A stretch of DNA of 64,000 nucleotides from positions 106,268,001 through 106,332,000 of the forward strand of contig OX597816.1 of assembly GCA_951406725.2 (NCBI GenBank), in the 5' to 3' direction. This document shows, one piece after another, positions 12,900 through 26,561 of the stretch. The notes under the pieces are model-generated. The model was not told the origin of the DNA, ran no database searches, and worked only from the letters and a program-made list of their open reading frames with translations. The DNA comes from Octopus vulgaris (taxonomy: Eukaryota). Position 1 is the stretch's first letter, and the number at the start of each line of letters is the position of its first letter. Position numbers and translations under genes: made by a program.

Positions 12900-13901
12900 A
12901 TGGCAGCCATAATATAAGGGTCAGTAAGAATAAGTCTATTGAAAAAATAGTTATTGAAGATTTACAATACATTGAGACTAGATATTTTACACACATTTAG
13001 ATATATCTAATATCTATCCTTCGTGAAAATTTCAAATGAATGGAATAAATATTTCGTAAGTTATGAAGAAATAAACAAACAATCTTCCAAATTGCAGTGG
13101 CGAAAAGTTAAGGGTCATTTAGAAAAAATGAATTACTAACCGAGGTATTTGTTGTTTAGAAGATCATTAATGGGCTAACAGTTACTTCTTATGATCTTAC
13201 GTTACTGGAACATTCAACTGTCGACATGGCAGTTTGTGAGAGACAACCAGTGTCCTGTGATGAAAAACAAAGGATTGTGTTCCTTCACCAAGAGGGCAAG
13301 TCAAATTCTATGATAGCAACTGCTGTAGGAATGTCTAGAGGTGTTGTGCAATGAATTGTAGCTTGTTTTAAGTCATCAGGATCAATAGATGCTAAACCTG
13401 AAATTGGTAGATCTCGTAAAACTTCACCAAGAACAGATCGTATTATGGTTAGAATGTCACTGATGAAGGGGTTGATCTCATGGACTGGCCACCTCAAAGT
13501 TCCAATCTCAACCCTATAGAAAACGTTTGGAAGATTACTGGAGCTGGGGTGCAAAGAGGAAATCCAAAAAACCAAGATGAACTCTGCTAATTACTGAAAA
13601 ACGAATGGAGCAATATTACTCCATAGTTTTACAAGAAATTAATTCAGTCCTGTGGTAAGAGGTGTCTGGTCATTGATAGTAAAGGGATGTTCACAAAATA
13701 TTAATAGTAAGAGTTTCCTTTTTATTTTTGTTCCATTTTTCATTGTTTTTCTAAGTGACCCTTAACTTTTGGCCATTGCAGTTTGGAAGATTATTTGTTT
13801 ATTTCCTCATAACTTACAAAATATCTAGTCTCAACATTTTAGCTATAATAAATATTTCAATATATTTTTTCTTATTGACCCTTATATTATGGCCACTACT
13901 G
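12898..13901 (+). mobile_element. Internally deleted Tc1 transposon with long IR/DR-type TIRs
   Basis: Termini caatggcagccataatataagggtca / tgacccttatattatggccactactg|ta; inner repeat cagtggcgaaaagttaagggtca mirrored at ~13755-13780. HTH segment GRSRKTSPRTDR is fused directly to DWPPQSSNLNPIENVW. Confidence 0.88.
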
Positions 13902-14319
13902 TATATATAAATGTGTTTTCCCAAATAAAATTGCACTTCATGTTTGTAGGTCTGATAAAAGTATAGGATGATACACAAGCATTCAACTATGAGTGCATTA
14001 CACCTTATAGCAGAAACAGCTGTAAGCTAATGAAGTTCATGGTACAATTTCTTACTACTGCTTTGTTCTGAAGCATATGTATATTGAGTTCTAACACTAG
14101 ATCATTAGTATTGCTATGCCTAAGCAATCTCTCCCTCTCTCTTCTTTTCTCTCTCTCTTCTTTTCTCTCTCTCTCTTGCTGGGTAATCATGTACCTCCTC
14201 TTAAAGCAAGACACCTATTTCTGCCTCTATATTTCTCTGTCACACTATAACATTTCACCATCTGACATCAGATCACCTCCTCCAATGCTCCCTCCAATAT
14301 AGCAAGACACCTGTTTCTG

Positions 14320-14321
<2 letters not shown>

Positions 14322-14389
<68 letters not shown>

Positions 14390-14398
14390 TCTCTCTCT
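14322..14398. repeat. (CT)n microsatellite
   Basis: Direct observation; others include (CA)n 10849-10905, (TA)n 16195-16247 and 30439-30513, (CT)n 16366-16415. Confidence 0.95.
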
Positions 14399-14664
14399 GT
14401 TACACTCTAACCTTTCATCTTCTAACACAAGTTCCCCTTCTCAAATGCCCCTGCCCCTCTCAAAATTCTTTGTCTTGTGAGTTACTTGGTGAACCTGCCA
14501 GTGCTGGTACCACATAAAAAGCATTCAGTCCACACTGTAAATATCAGCCATCCTATGGCTGTCTAATTCTCTCCCTCTCATTAGACTACATTGTCTAATG
14601 CATCCTTGTTTAATGGTAGGGTGTGATTTGAGTGTAATTTGACTGCTATTTCTAGTAGACTATT

Positions 14665-14885
14665 ATTATTAAGCTCCAGATCAGCTCTGAATAAACTGAC
14701 CTTTGATCAAAAGACATTCCAGACATGACTATGCTATTTTTTATTTCCAGTTACAGTGTATCCTGAATTCCATTATCTAATGTGTCCTTTTTCATTTAAG
14801 ATAGTAAGGTATGATTTGAGGGAGATATGGCTGCTACTTCTAGCAGATTGAGAACCAACCACTTTGTGGCTTCCTCATTGATTTC
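14665..14885 (-). repeat. Abundant unclassified retroposon 3' module with an (AAC)n tail (representative copy)
   Basis: gacct(a/t)tgatcaaaggcattccag..gatttgagggagat(a/t)tggctgcta(t/c)ttctagcag recurs at ~1-170, 4115-4280, 10415-10630, 25540-25700, 42235-42440 and 46430-46590 on minus, and 42830-43030 and 57100-57290 on plus. Confidence 0.7.
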
Positions 14886-15218
14886 AACAAGTTTATTAAC
14901 CATGTAGAGATCCCTTATTAGCTTGTTGTTAGCTAAGGGCATATGCTAGTAGCAGTGGAGGTGATTGTGTGTGTATTTATACTTACACCAGTGCTTTATT
15001 GTATATGTTATACGAATATATAACAATTATACTGACTCAATATATGTGTATTCTAGGCTCACTTCTGCTCTTTTCACTCACCTAACACTGCTAATTGAAA
15101 TTAATGACTGCCTATAGATATCACTTTCTTTTTTTCTCTTTGGCTAGTAGCTTCTTTTTCTTATTTTACATCTCCAAACAATCTCTTGTTAAATTACTAT
15201 CAAATTGTAGAAGTGGTG

Positions 15219-15249
<31 letters not shown>

Positions 15250-15251
<2 letters not shown>

Positions 15252-15840
15252 GTGAAGGCAGCAAGCTGGCAGAATCAATAGGATGCCAGGCTAAATGCTT
15301 AGCAGCATTTCATCCATCTTCACGTTCTGAGTTCAAAAATACCAGTTGAGACTTACCCCCTTCCCTGGAATTGCTAGCTTCGTGCCAAAATTTGAAATCT
15401 TTATTATTACAACGGTAATGAGGAAGAGGATGGCTACAAGCTGGCAGGATCATTAGAACACCAGACAAATTATTAAGCGACACTTAGTCCATCTTTACAT
15501 TCTGAGTTCAAATTCTGCCACGGTTGACTTTACTTTTCATCCTTTCAGGGTTGATAAGTTCAACACGGGTTGATTTAATCAACTAACTCCTTTTCCACAA
15601 AAATTTCAGGCCTTGTACTAATAGTACAAAGGATTATTATTATAAGGTAGTGAGCTGACAAAATCATTAGTGCATCGGACAAATTGCTTTGTAGCAGTTC
15701 TTTGGGCTTTTTACCTTCTGAGTTCAAATTCCATCAAGGTTGATTTTGCTATTTCATCACCAATCAGACACTGGGATCAATGTAATTGACTAGCATTCAC
15801 TCCTAAAATTTCAGGCTTTGAGTCACTGTAGTAGAAAGAA
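15250..15840 (+). mobile_element. Head-to-tail train of three SINE family B copies (Meta-core-like)
   Basis: Each starts ggc-gagctggcagaatc-ttag and has ttctgagttcaaat; the middle copy has the tttcatcctttcaggggttgataa core. Units are separated by (ATT)n. Confidence 0.8.
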
Positions 15841-16190
15841 TGATTAATGTTATGACTACTATTTACATTGTTGTATGAGCAGTTTCAAGCCTCACCCAGT
15901 GACATCAAATAACACTAAGCTGGATGTTTTACTATAGGTGTTATTTATGATTAGTAATGTTATATTGTAAGGGAAGGAGACCAGAATCTGAGAACAAAGA
16001 TTCTGTTAAATTTGTAATACTAGATCACTACTCATTGCTATACTGCCAGTTAAAGATATTTGTTAATCATGCACATAACTTCTTAAATTGTTCAAAGTGA
16101 AAGACTTTTTTTTAAAGTCTGTTTGTGTTGTCTGTATGTTAAAAGACATAAAGAAAAAACACACAAACAAGCAAAAAAAATAACTATATG

Positions 16191-16249
<59 letters not shown>

Positions 16250-16365
16250 CTTTTTTGTTTTTGAAGTGTGTTGTGTTGACAGACTTGTACTAAAATTTTT
16301 GTTTTTAATCAACATTTGTTAGCTACTAAGGTGACAGTACTGCCTATTTATCTATCTTTCACACA

Positions 16366-16418
<53 letters not shown>

Positions 16419-16939
16419 AACATTTTCTTCTCTTCTTCCCTCACTCTACACAGATGTTGTAGACAGACAGACGCAAATCAACTTCTCTTTTACAATATTA
16501 GATTTCAGTTTTGAAAGAGTTTTAAGAGAATCATATATTTTCAGGTTGACAATATTTTTCTTAGGATGTGAGTAGTACCCATGAGAACAATCTTTTGTAG
16601 TTTAGATACTGTTGGGTTTCCTTGTGTTTAGCCTTAGTGTTTAAGAACTCTGTTTGGTATTAACCCCAAAGCTCTGATGATCACAGGAACAGTTGTTCTT
16701 AGATATCACGTTTTTAAGACCTCTATTTGAAGACTCTTGAATTTACTTGACTTTTCAAGTTTTTTACAGAATTATTATTATTATTGCTGTTATTACTATT
16801 ATTATTATTATTATTATATTTTACTTCTCAGAGCTCTCGATCTTACTTGCTTTGGTTCATTCTGTGAGAGCAGGCAGCAACCTGTTGTCAGAGGTCTCAC
16901 AGTGTCTCTTTCCATAGATTATAAGACTTGGAACTTGGA

Positions 16940-17165
16940 CAGGTGGTGAGCTAGCAGACTTGTTAGCACACCAGACAAAATGCTTCACAGCATTTCATCG
17001 TCTTTATGTTCAGAGTTAAAATTCCACTGACATCAGCTTTGTCTTTCATCCTTTCAGAATCAATAAATTAAGTACCAGTCAAGTAGCAGGGTCAGTGTAA
17101 TTGACTAGCCCCCCTCCCTGCCAAAATTTCAGGCCTTGTACCTGTGGTAGAAAGAATTATCATTA
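16940..17165 (+). mobile_element. SINE family B
   Basis: ggtggtgagctagcagac..tttcatcctttcagaatcaataaattaagtaccag..aaaatttcaggccttgt..gaattat. Confidence 0.82.
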
Positions 17166-17325
17166 TGGCTGCAAGCTGGCAGAATCAAGTGACAGTATAC
17201 ACTTTAAACATGCATATGTATATATAGTTAATCCAAACATGAACAAAGAGAAAACACAACAACGCGAGGATGTGGAATAAGTATAGTGTTATCGAACGCT
17301 CAGGAAAGGAAAGAAAGAAGGCGGA

Positions 17326-17358
17326 TTTCACGTTTCGAGTGGAGCTCTTCATCAGAAA
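17326..17358 (-). ncRNA. Minimal hammerhead ribozyme relic (Penelope-type) within repeat 17227-17432
   Basis: Minus strand TTT-CTGATGA-A-GAG-ctcca-CTC-GAAA-CG-TG-AAA. Both core boxes and stem II are present; the cleavage triplet is GUG, which is non-permissive. Confidence 0.5.
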
Positions 17359-20300
17359 GATAGAAAAAAAAAATAAAATCCAAAGAAGGGAAGACGGAGA
17401 AAGAAAATCGGCAACGATACACACGCGATCACATATATGTATCATCATCATCGTTTAACATCCGCTTTCCATGCTGGAATGGGTTGGACGGTTTGACTGA
17501 GGACTAGCAAGCCAATAGGCTGCACCAGGCTCCAATCTGATTTGGCAAAGTTTCTACAGCTGGATGCTTTTTCCATACCACCAGCATGGAAGCCAGTTGG
17601 GGCACTGGCAAGAAAGTCTCAAGAAGAAAACTACCACTTTGTACCAATCAACAAAACCCACTGATATAGAATGACTAGATTAAGAGGCTTCTTCAGCTAT
17701 ATCCCACAACATGCAGATACATGTTGAGAGTAGGCCATTGCACTTGAGCCATGTTCACCACTGTCACCCACCTTACAATAAATTTATAAGAGAACAGCAC
17801 CTCTCTCTCTATCTCAGCTTCCTCTCTAAGTGGCACTTTAGGTTGTTTATGAGGGTTTCTCCAGAAAGAAAAGTGTCTGTCCTCACTTTTTTAGATCAGG
17901 AGTCACCTACAACAAAGCTATAGACCAATACCAGACTGTGGGTCATTTGGTACTAGACTATGGATCATTTGGTACCAAATGAAAGTATAAATTTTTCAGT
18001 TTTATTTCTATTTTATTGACTATTGCTGTCTGCAGGTTATTTTTGTATTATATATGTAATATATATGTATAATATATGTAATAATTAAATCATATACTAT
18101 GTACTTTATTGTATTTTGTTATGCACAAGATCCCCCACCAATCCATGGTGCAAAAAAGGTTAAGACTGCTGTTTTAGATTGTGTCCACCATACAGCTTCT
18201 TTTGCCATAGTGACAAGTCAGGAACACTGACTATTATTCTTGATCAAAGGAAAGCAGTGGGGTAATTTTCACAATGGACTCGGCCAATAGGCAGATCTCA
18301 TTGATCTGGCACACAGCAACAGCTGTTCAACATAACTCTGCAAGTCAGTATTACTTGAACAGTGAATGAAGTCATGCAAAAATGGTTTTGATGTTGTCTA
18401 AATATGCTAATACAGCTTTCCTGCATCCCAATTCAGAATTCCTCTCAACATCTTATGAGTCAGTACATAGAGAAGTGAAAGAAGGCATCCATAATAATCC
18501 AAGCATGTGATTTGAAACAGTTCCAGTTGGTGGCTATTTAGTCTAACCACTGGTCAAATGCTGTTGTACAGTGATGAAGCAATCCAGCCTCTTAAAACAG
18601 GATCAAAACTGGCTGCACAGAGGACAGGTACTAACTAGCAATAGTCAACCTTATCAAAAGCTTTCGATTGATCTAAATTCATCAGAGCCCTACTGAAGTC
18701 AGGTTTGTTACGCACCCTCTTTACAATGGAAAATATTATCTTGATTGGAAACAGCTGAAAGAGCATTAGAGTGTAGAAAATCTGCCTGAAAACAAATTTG
18801 TCTGACTCCTGCAAGCATAGACATGGACACTAAAATAAAGATGATGACATAGTTGCAACTCCTGACAGAAGTGTCACTTTTTTTTTTTTCCTAATGTGAG
18901 CTCAGAATGCACAGAACCAGAACAGATAGTACTAGGCATCCCATCCAGCAATCTGCCAATTCTGCCACTCTGGACTGGTACTTTTCTTATAGATGGAAAG
19001 GTAGAGTTGACATTGACAGGATTTGAACTCGTAGCATGGAGAGTCAGAGCAAATACTACTACAAGGCATTCTATCCAACGCTAATGACTCTGCCAGTTCA
19101 CCACCTTACATAGCTAAATACAAGGTATACAATCTCCCACTCTACCTATTCTCACAATCCACTGTAATAGTAACAATAATAATGATGATGAAAGTAATAA
19201 AAACAAAACAATGAAATAGATTGTATGTTTGCATGTATGTATACATGTATATTTGTGTGAGAGAAAGAGAATGCAACCTAGTGTATAATATGTTATATAT
19301 AGTTATATATTACATCTAGCCATGATTAAGGTATGTGCTCTGTAACTGAAATAGAAAATAGACTGACGTGGTTTGTGGGTCGTCATTGGCAGAGTGGCTA
19401 AAAATTATTTTCAAAGGTTAATCATGCTTGGAAGATAGACATTAATGTATGTAAAAACAAACATTTCTGGATTAAGGAAACTGATAATTTGAACCTAGTA
19501 ATCTTCCATGGTATTATGTAGGTGAGGTATTTGCTGCTGAACTGTCTTTTTAGCTTTTGTTTTGTTTTATTTTTATCATCCACCCCATCCCACCATTTTG
19601 TAATGTGTCAGATACAATTGGAGTTCTACTGCCAAGTAAGGTACCAGTCTGTTGCTGTTGTCATTGTTGTTGTTGCTGCTGCTTAACCTCATAAAGAAAA
19701 AGACATAGTGTTGAATAGTATGGTAGATAGAGCCATATAAACTAAGAGAAAGAATTGAGCAAAGGGATAATCAAGGAATAATATCAAGTACTTAGAAGAG
19801 AAGTTAGGGATCAGGTATAGCATAAAGGGAAATTGAAAGTTAGAAGTGTCTCAGTGGTTTGAGGGGCTTTGGATTACAATATAATGTCAGTGTGAATCAG
19901 GGTTTCACTGGTTAAAAGTATGTAATGACTGCAGTACACTTGCCCTTGCACCAAGAAGAGGCATGGAAATGCTACTACTGGAGGTTGCTGGGTGAAGAGA
20001 ATGCATGGGAAACAGAGAGACTACTCCATGTTGACTGAACAAGTTTGTATCAGGAAATTTTTAATGCCTTCTTAATGAACAAATACAGAAGTTCTTAGCT
20101 AAGAGCAAGACAGATATTCTGGTCTTATCCTTCCATCACTCAGGTCCTTCCAACCTTCTCACCTCTCCACCTTTCATCACCCTTGTTGCATCTGGGCCTC
20201 CAGTCCTTCCTCTCCACAACATCAACCTGCTGGAATCTTTTCCTGCTCATGTCTTCTCTACAAGTATTGACCTACAACAATTTGAACTGAACACTGACGG

Positions 20301-20629
20301 CATCAAATTCATTGGTCTCAGAGGGCCTACAAATGTCATGGCTGCTGCCCCTTCATGCAGACTCCATAAATTGAAAAATCAAAACATCACTGACCTGGAG
20401 ATGGTTTTGACAAGGTTTCATGCTCTGTAGTTTGATATAGATGAGTAACTTGTAAGAGTTAACAATGAGTTCAGTAAGGAATCAAACCACAAAGAGGCCA
20501 TCAGCTTTCAGTTTTGAGATCTCTACTGTTTACAATAATCCTCCAAACCATAACAGAGGAATTCAAAATTCACTCTCTATGGAAACTTATATACTGACAA
20601 CCATTTTTCTCGTTACCAAATTAGTCAGG

Positions 20630-21000
20630 GAATTAGAGGGAATGTTCCAAACATGGGAGCAGAGCCTAAAATTAAGAGGACCAAAAGTAAATTTATTGAC
20701 AATGAAACTGTTAGTTATCAAAAGAAAATACAAAAATTTTGCCATCTAGGAAATAGTTTTGTGCAACATGTAGAAAATATTTTGGTAGAAATTCTAAACA
20801 ATGTACCTGATGTAAACTGTGAGTGCCCAAGGGATGCGGTGAGGACACAGACTGGATAACAGAAAAGAGGGACATCATATGTAGCAGATGCTTTCAAATG
20901 CTCAGAAGGCTGCCTGGAAGTAGTTGACAGCCTCTATTACTTAAGTATTCTAAGTGACCAGTGAAGGTGGTGGTTATGAAAGTGTAGTAACCAGAGTTAG
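20630..21000 (+). mobile_element. Old decayed RTE fragment retaining the PHD-finger relic
   Basis: ELEGMFQTWEQSLKLRGPKVNL (cf. ELEEKFQVWKQGLESKGLRVNL), then CATCRKYFGRNSKQCT*CKL*VPKGC-x14-CSRC, then LEVVDSLYYL and GGYESVVTRV. Confidence 0.85.
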
Positions 21001-24000
21001 TGTGGTTGTTGGTGTTGTTGGTCTTGTTGGCATCGTTAAGATACATGAGCTATTACCTCAGTATAATTTATTGATTGCGCGCTTTCTAAAAATGTTCTGT
21101 TAAAAATTATTGCTTATTAGAGCTTTAAAAAGTGACTTGGTACACGTTAAGGTACACTTACACACACACACACACACATGCACACGTGGAGCATGAGGCA
21201 ACTTGTCATTTCTATAGCAATAATGAATACTTAAGACAAAGCTGCTTGCCATATGTGCTTCAATCCACCTTTCTCAGTACAGGCCTGGAACAGGCTGCAC
21301 TGGATGCCAACCCCAAATTTCAAAATTGAGGGACAAGAACTATAACTTTGGATAGGAGCCTGAAACTTGCATAAGGCAGGGTCATCACACTCTGTAGTAA
21401 TGACTGAAGTCTCTATCTGCTAGTTAAAATACTAGACTTAAATCTTACAAGCAAAGCACTTAGCTCTTTTTTATTCTAGTCAGTTTCAGTGACTGTAAAT
21501 AGCTTCCATGCCCTACTTCATGGTCAACTGTCTTCTACGATCACTTCAAATCAACCCAAGCTTTGTGAGTAGACAGGGTAGACAGAAACTGTATGAAAAC
21601 TCAACAGACAAATTTAGTAGACTTTATCAGTTTCCGAGTTTAACACTACAGTCTGGCTTTTGTGATGCCTCTTGCATAGCCTACCCTTTTGCAAGCATCC
21701 AAACTAGATCTCCAGTCAGAGGATAACTCAATATCCTGATATAATCCTTCAAATAACATTAAACTATGAGTTACAGTTTGTTTTTTCTTTTTCTCCACCA
21801 ACCTCAGAAACCCCACATAGATTATGGATGCTGCCCTTCCTCCAGAGGATCTAATACTGATAAATAGGTGCATTGAATGAACGTAGAATAAAGTGTGTCA
21901 TCTACTTTTATTCAGAAAAAACCTTTGCTGCAACTCAGAAAGTTTCTGTAGTCTCATGGGTGTTGCCTACCTAAGCTGTGGATATATAGCTATAAATTTT
22001 TATGTTTTATTTCTAAAATATTATGCACAGCTATTGTCAAACATATCTAACTACCAAAAAGTAGGCGAGTTGTTTTGCTCTAGTTGCTTTTTTCAGTAAT
22101 TACTTGGACATCTTATCTGGTGGCTCATTATACATTATGAAGCTTAAAAATCCAAACATTTTAGTGATACTTATTAATGTCATAGAATAACAATATTCTA
22201 TAGAATTTTGACATTTCTTTTTAAAGAAAGTTATTTGGATATTGTATATACTGTCTACCTCTTTTTAACATGTTGTATGGTTTACACACAAAGAGAAAAA
22301 GAAAATTAGTTCCACAAAAATTCAAAATGCAATAGAAATACATAGCAACACAATTGTTGCTATGTATTTGTAGGTTGTCAAACATTGTTGGTTCTTATAA
22401 TTCATAGCATAAAATGCATTCAAATACTACAAAGGGTGCTGAAAAGTTCCTGGCTTTAAACACAGTATCAAAAATGGCCTGGTTGAAGGCCCACCCAACC
22501 TTCTAAGTTCTTTTACAGGGCTTAGGAAACCTGAAAGACTGCTGCAAGGAACTTTTCAGCACACTCCCTCCTCCATAATCACTTATGTAAAGAGAAATTT
22601 CCTTTTCATTTGTTAACATTCTGGTTAATATTGGTTCAAATATTTTTTTATGATTATGTAACAGAATTGGAGAATGATACTACTTGTTTCTAAAACAATA
22701 TAATGTTCCCAACAGTTACTATTGTTTCTAATCTTACTGTTATTGTTGTACTTAGAGCTTCACCTGCAAATAGACCTGGTATGACTGGTTTTCTTTCCAT
22801 ATGTACATTGAAAGCTTACTCAACAAAATACTTTATTTCCTGCTTCCCTGAGAAACATTTATCATGGAGATGCAATGGCTGTGAAATACCAACCCAAGTT
22901 CACTTTAAAACAGGATGTTTGCATTATAAACCATGAGCCGGAAACTGCCCCTGGTTCTATGATACAAACTTCTTGTTTTAAAGTGATCTAAATTAAAACC
23001 TTCCCTTCAAAGTCTGATGTTACTTTGTATTCCAAACACCAGATGAATAATGACATATTTTACATATTTCTTCACTATTTTCAAAATTGACTGAAACAAA
23101 GGCAGTGTATTTCAATAGAAAATTGGTAGAAAGGGTTAAAGTGCTACACCCACTGACCCATATCATGTGTGCAAACCTTACTACTACAACTATTGTATTG
23201 TTCCCCAGAATAAGGCGTCTTATAGTGGAACACTAGGTAATGTGATCTTGAATCTAGTGTAATATTGGAAAAAGACTATATAATTAAAACTAGAACGTTT
23301 TTAGTCAAGCCTGCCAATCAAGATTCATCTGGGCTGAACAACAACTTCATTTTACCTGACTGCTAGAATAAAACATAAAAAGCTACTCTATTCCCCATTT
23401 CCTTGTTGACCAGTTAGTCATAGGAAGATTATTCAGATGTAAAAACATTTACTCCAACAAGTAAATCAGGTCATCCATGCTAACACGGGAAAATGGGCGT
23501 TAAGCAGTCAAAAAGGAAATATCTTGTTTACTTAAGTATTGCAGATTTCTGACCAAAAATGTTTAAGACAGTAGAATAGGATCTAAGAGGGATATAGCTT
23601 CTTTTTCTAGCAGCGTGAGTAATTATACAGGCTTCTACATTAGCTCATTTTACTTGTTTTATGGGGCAGTGGAAATGATTTAAACTAGAGACATCATCAT
23701 GTGTAGTCCAGTACTTTTTTTTGTTTTTCATTCAAATCCCATGAAAATCAAATTTCAGCCTTGAGTCTGTAAAATAAGGTTCCTATCATTGTACTATAAT
23801 TGATTCAATTCACTATACCATTCCTCTTCAGAAAACTGCTATTTTGTATCCATGTAGACGGTGAAAATGACCAAGGGTATAAAGCACCAAACTTAGTTCC
23901 ATTGCCATTAGATTCTGAGTTCAGATGTTGTTGAATAAGATTGGATTTAATACCTTTTGTCCTTCTGTGGCCCCAGTAGAATAAATATTTGTGATATACT

Positions 24001-25225
24001 GGTGTGAATCTCTTTTCCATAAGTTGGCTTTGATCCAAGTTGCAAAACAAGAAATCGGTATTGTGTCAGGTATGACATTTAAGGATTTACTCAATCATCT
24101 TTAATAATCCATGACATTTTTCCCTCTGGAAATCTTTATTGAAACTTGAAGATATTATGTTTTAAACCTGATTAATGTTTGCTTATATAAATTTATAAGC
24201 AAATGCTTTTAATCATAGGTTTGTTCAATCGTAGACGACCTAAAGCTAACTAACTACTAACTTACCATATGAGGAGCAAAATTTGTCCTCACAACAAACT
24301 CCAACCCTCAGTCCCTACCACTGCATTTTTAACCACTCATAAACACCCAAACACATTTACAGTACCATTTTACCAACACTATCTCTCCTATTCAATTCAG
24401 ACAAACATTGAAAAAAAACCCTCAAAATGAGTAGTAGCATAAATGTGATCATTAATCCCTAAACACTATAGTAGAATGTTCAGCATTAATAAGTGAAGAG
24501 GAACAGTAACTGTCATGTTTTGGCAGAGTTCACCTTTTCTGCTTCTGCTGTGGCCATCTCCAAAACTTACAGCTATACAGAAAGTGACTGGACAGTGGAG
24601 ACAGTGTAATATGTCTAAAGTGTAGCATTGCATCCCATACAATTAACAATTGCATGTTGGAGTATATAGTCTAGTCTTCAGCTAAGTGAAAGCATGATAT
24701 ATATGGAATAAAAAATCTGCGAACTGCACTTATTCATTCAACTATCTGCCTGTCATATATATATATATACATCCTTGATCAAATCTTATGACCTGTAGAT
24801 ACACAACAACAACAACAACCATCTTATTATGTAGGTTAGCCTTAGGTTTTTTTAGATAGATTATCTGCTATTCACCCTCTTGGTCATACTGCACTGAGTG
24901 AAGAGATACAGCATTAAGTAGTGAGGACCTTTCACTCTTACAGGGTAGAAGGCACCACCAGCAGTGTTGGTGCCATGTTAAAAATGCACCTAGTACAATC
25001 TGTAAAGTGGTTGGTGATAGGACGGGCATCTAACTGTAGAAACCAAGTCCAAAAAGTAACGTGCAAATAAGATATGGTTTTCCATTGCATCTAATTGGGA
25101 AGTAACTACAAATAAAAATTGACTTGGACCACAATAAATTGTCTCTGTAACAAATCAAAGTTTAATGTTTTCATTCCGTTGCTGGCTGACTTACCTTAAC
25201 ATTTCTTTCCTTTGGTCTCTTTTAG

Positions 25226-25340
25226 GTTGCTTATGGAACCCTCACCGAGAACTTCTGTGCATCCTCAGTCGAGAACAAATTCGTTTTTTCTACAGACATG
25301 GGAAAATTCGTGGTGTATACTCCATTCCACCTTTAGAGAG
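25226..25340 (+). CDS. WDCP: WDCP exon
   Basis: cttttag|GT..AG|gtaaat; GCLWNPHRELLCILSREQIRFFYRHGKIRGVYSIPPLE (human GCVWHPKCAILTVLT). Phases 1/2. Confidence 0.9.
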
Positions 25341-25778
25341 GTAAATACATTTTAAATCATGGTTTTTGTACTGTTGTAGTTCCAAACTGACTCCTCACTT
25401 GTTCCAATTCTTCTAGTACAGTCATATCAAAGCACTCTCTCATTCAACTATCTATCTACTTAATTGCCCATATACCTATCTATCTTTTCATCTACTCATC
25501 TATCTATCTATCCATGTTAGTGTTACAGATGCTATCTATCCTGAGTCAAAGACATTCTAACTCTGGCCATCCCATCTTTTTTCCAGCCATAATGCATGTA
25601 GGACTACATTATTCTATGTCTTTATCTTTTTGGATAGTAGGGTTGAGAGTTGAAAGAATCTAGCTGTTATTTCTAGTAAGTTGAGCAACCAAATGGATCT
25701 CTATTGAATTGTTGTAGTTGTTAAGGACGATGTACAGTTTTTCAAAATTACTGATTTTTCTTCAATCTCTTTTAACAG

Positions 25779-25851
25779 TGGCAAAATCAGTTGTGGTGCC
25801 TGGTCTGAAGATGGCTTAAAGCTAGTTGTTTGCGTTGGTTCTGCTATTTTG
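25779..25851 (+). CDS. WDCP: WDCP exon
   Basis: tttaacag|T..TTG|gtaagt; SGKISCGAWSEDGLKLVVCVGSAIL (human GRIHCACWTQDGLRLVVAVGSSL). Phases 2/0. Confidence 0.92.
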
Positions 25852-26561
25852 GTAAGTCTATGTTTCTAACTACCTATCTTGTTCAAATTTTTACATATAA
25901 TATTATCTAGTTCATTTTCATTGCCAGATCTGTACTATGTTATCTGTGTTGTTTGCAAAAACATTTAATTCTTAATGACTCAGTTTACCTAATCATTAAT
26001 TAATAGAACTTACTTTAGCAAACACTGCTGTAACGTTGTGCAGTGCAACTGAGGAATTTCTTCCACTCCATCAATCTTTTTAGATGAAAACATTTTTTTT
26101 TGTCTTTGGTCAGTAAATGTTATTTCCTATTTGACTTCTATTCCCTTCAAACTTTGCTTTTATAACCTGGGCATCAATGTTTTGAAACTGACCTATTTTC
26201 CATTATATTTCAGACAGATTCAGCACTAAGTTGCTGAAACAGAAATATTGTTATAGAAAATATTCCACTCAATACTACAATACCACGAATTTGCTTTGTT
26301 AGTTGCTTAACCTTAACAACTTGAGCATGTCCCTTAGTAGCTGGCAATATGTGCATCTCTGATCATAAGTAGGAGTAGTGAAGGAGCATCATAGTCATGT
26401 ATTGAGAGGGATTCTTTGGGGTTTGAATAAATGTAACAAAAGCAAAGTCTGAAAGAAATATTAGCCATTTTTCATACTTTCTAGGGGTAAGCAAATAGGA
26501 AATAACAGTTGCTGCCCAAAAACAAAAATCATGTTACACAGTGCAATGAATGGTAGGGATG

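Noticed and set aside
20270-20360. LQQFELN..GPTNVMAAAPS resembling the end of a Gypsy RNase H
   Set aside because: Match too loose and no LTRs or other pol motifs nearby.
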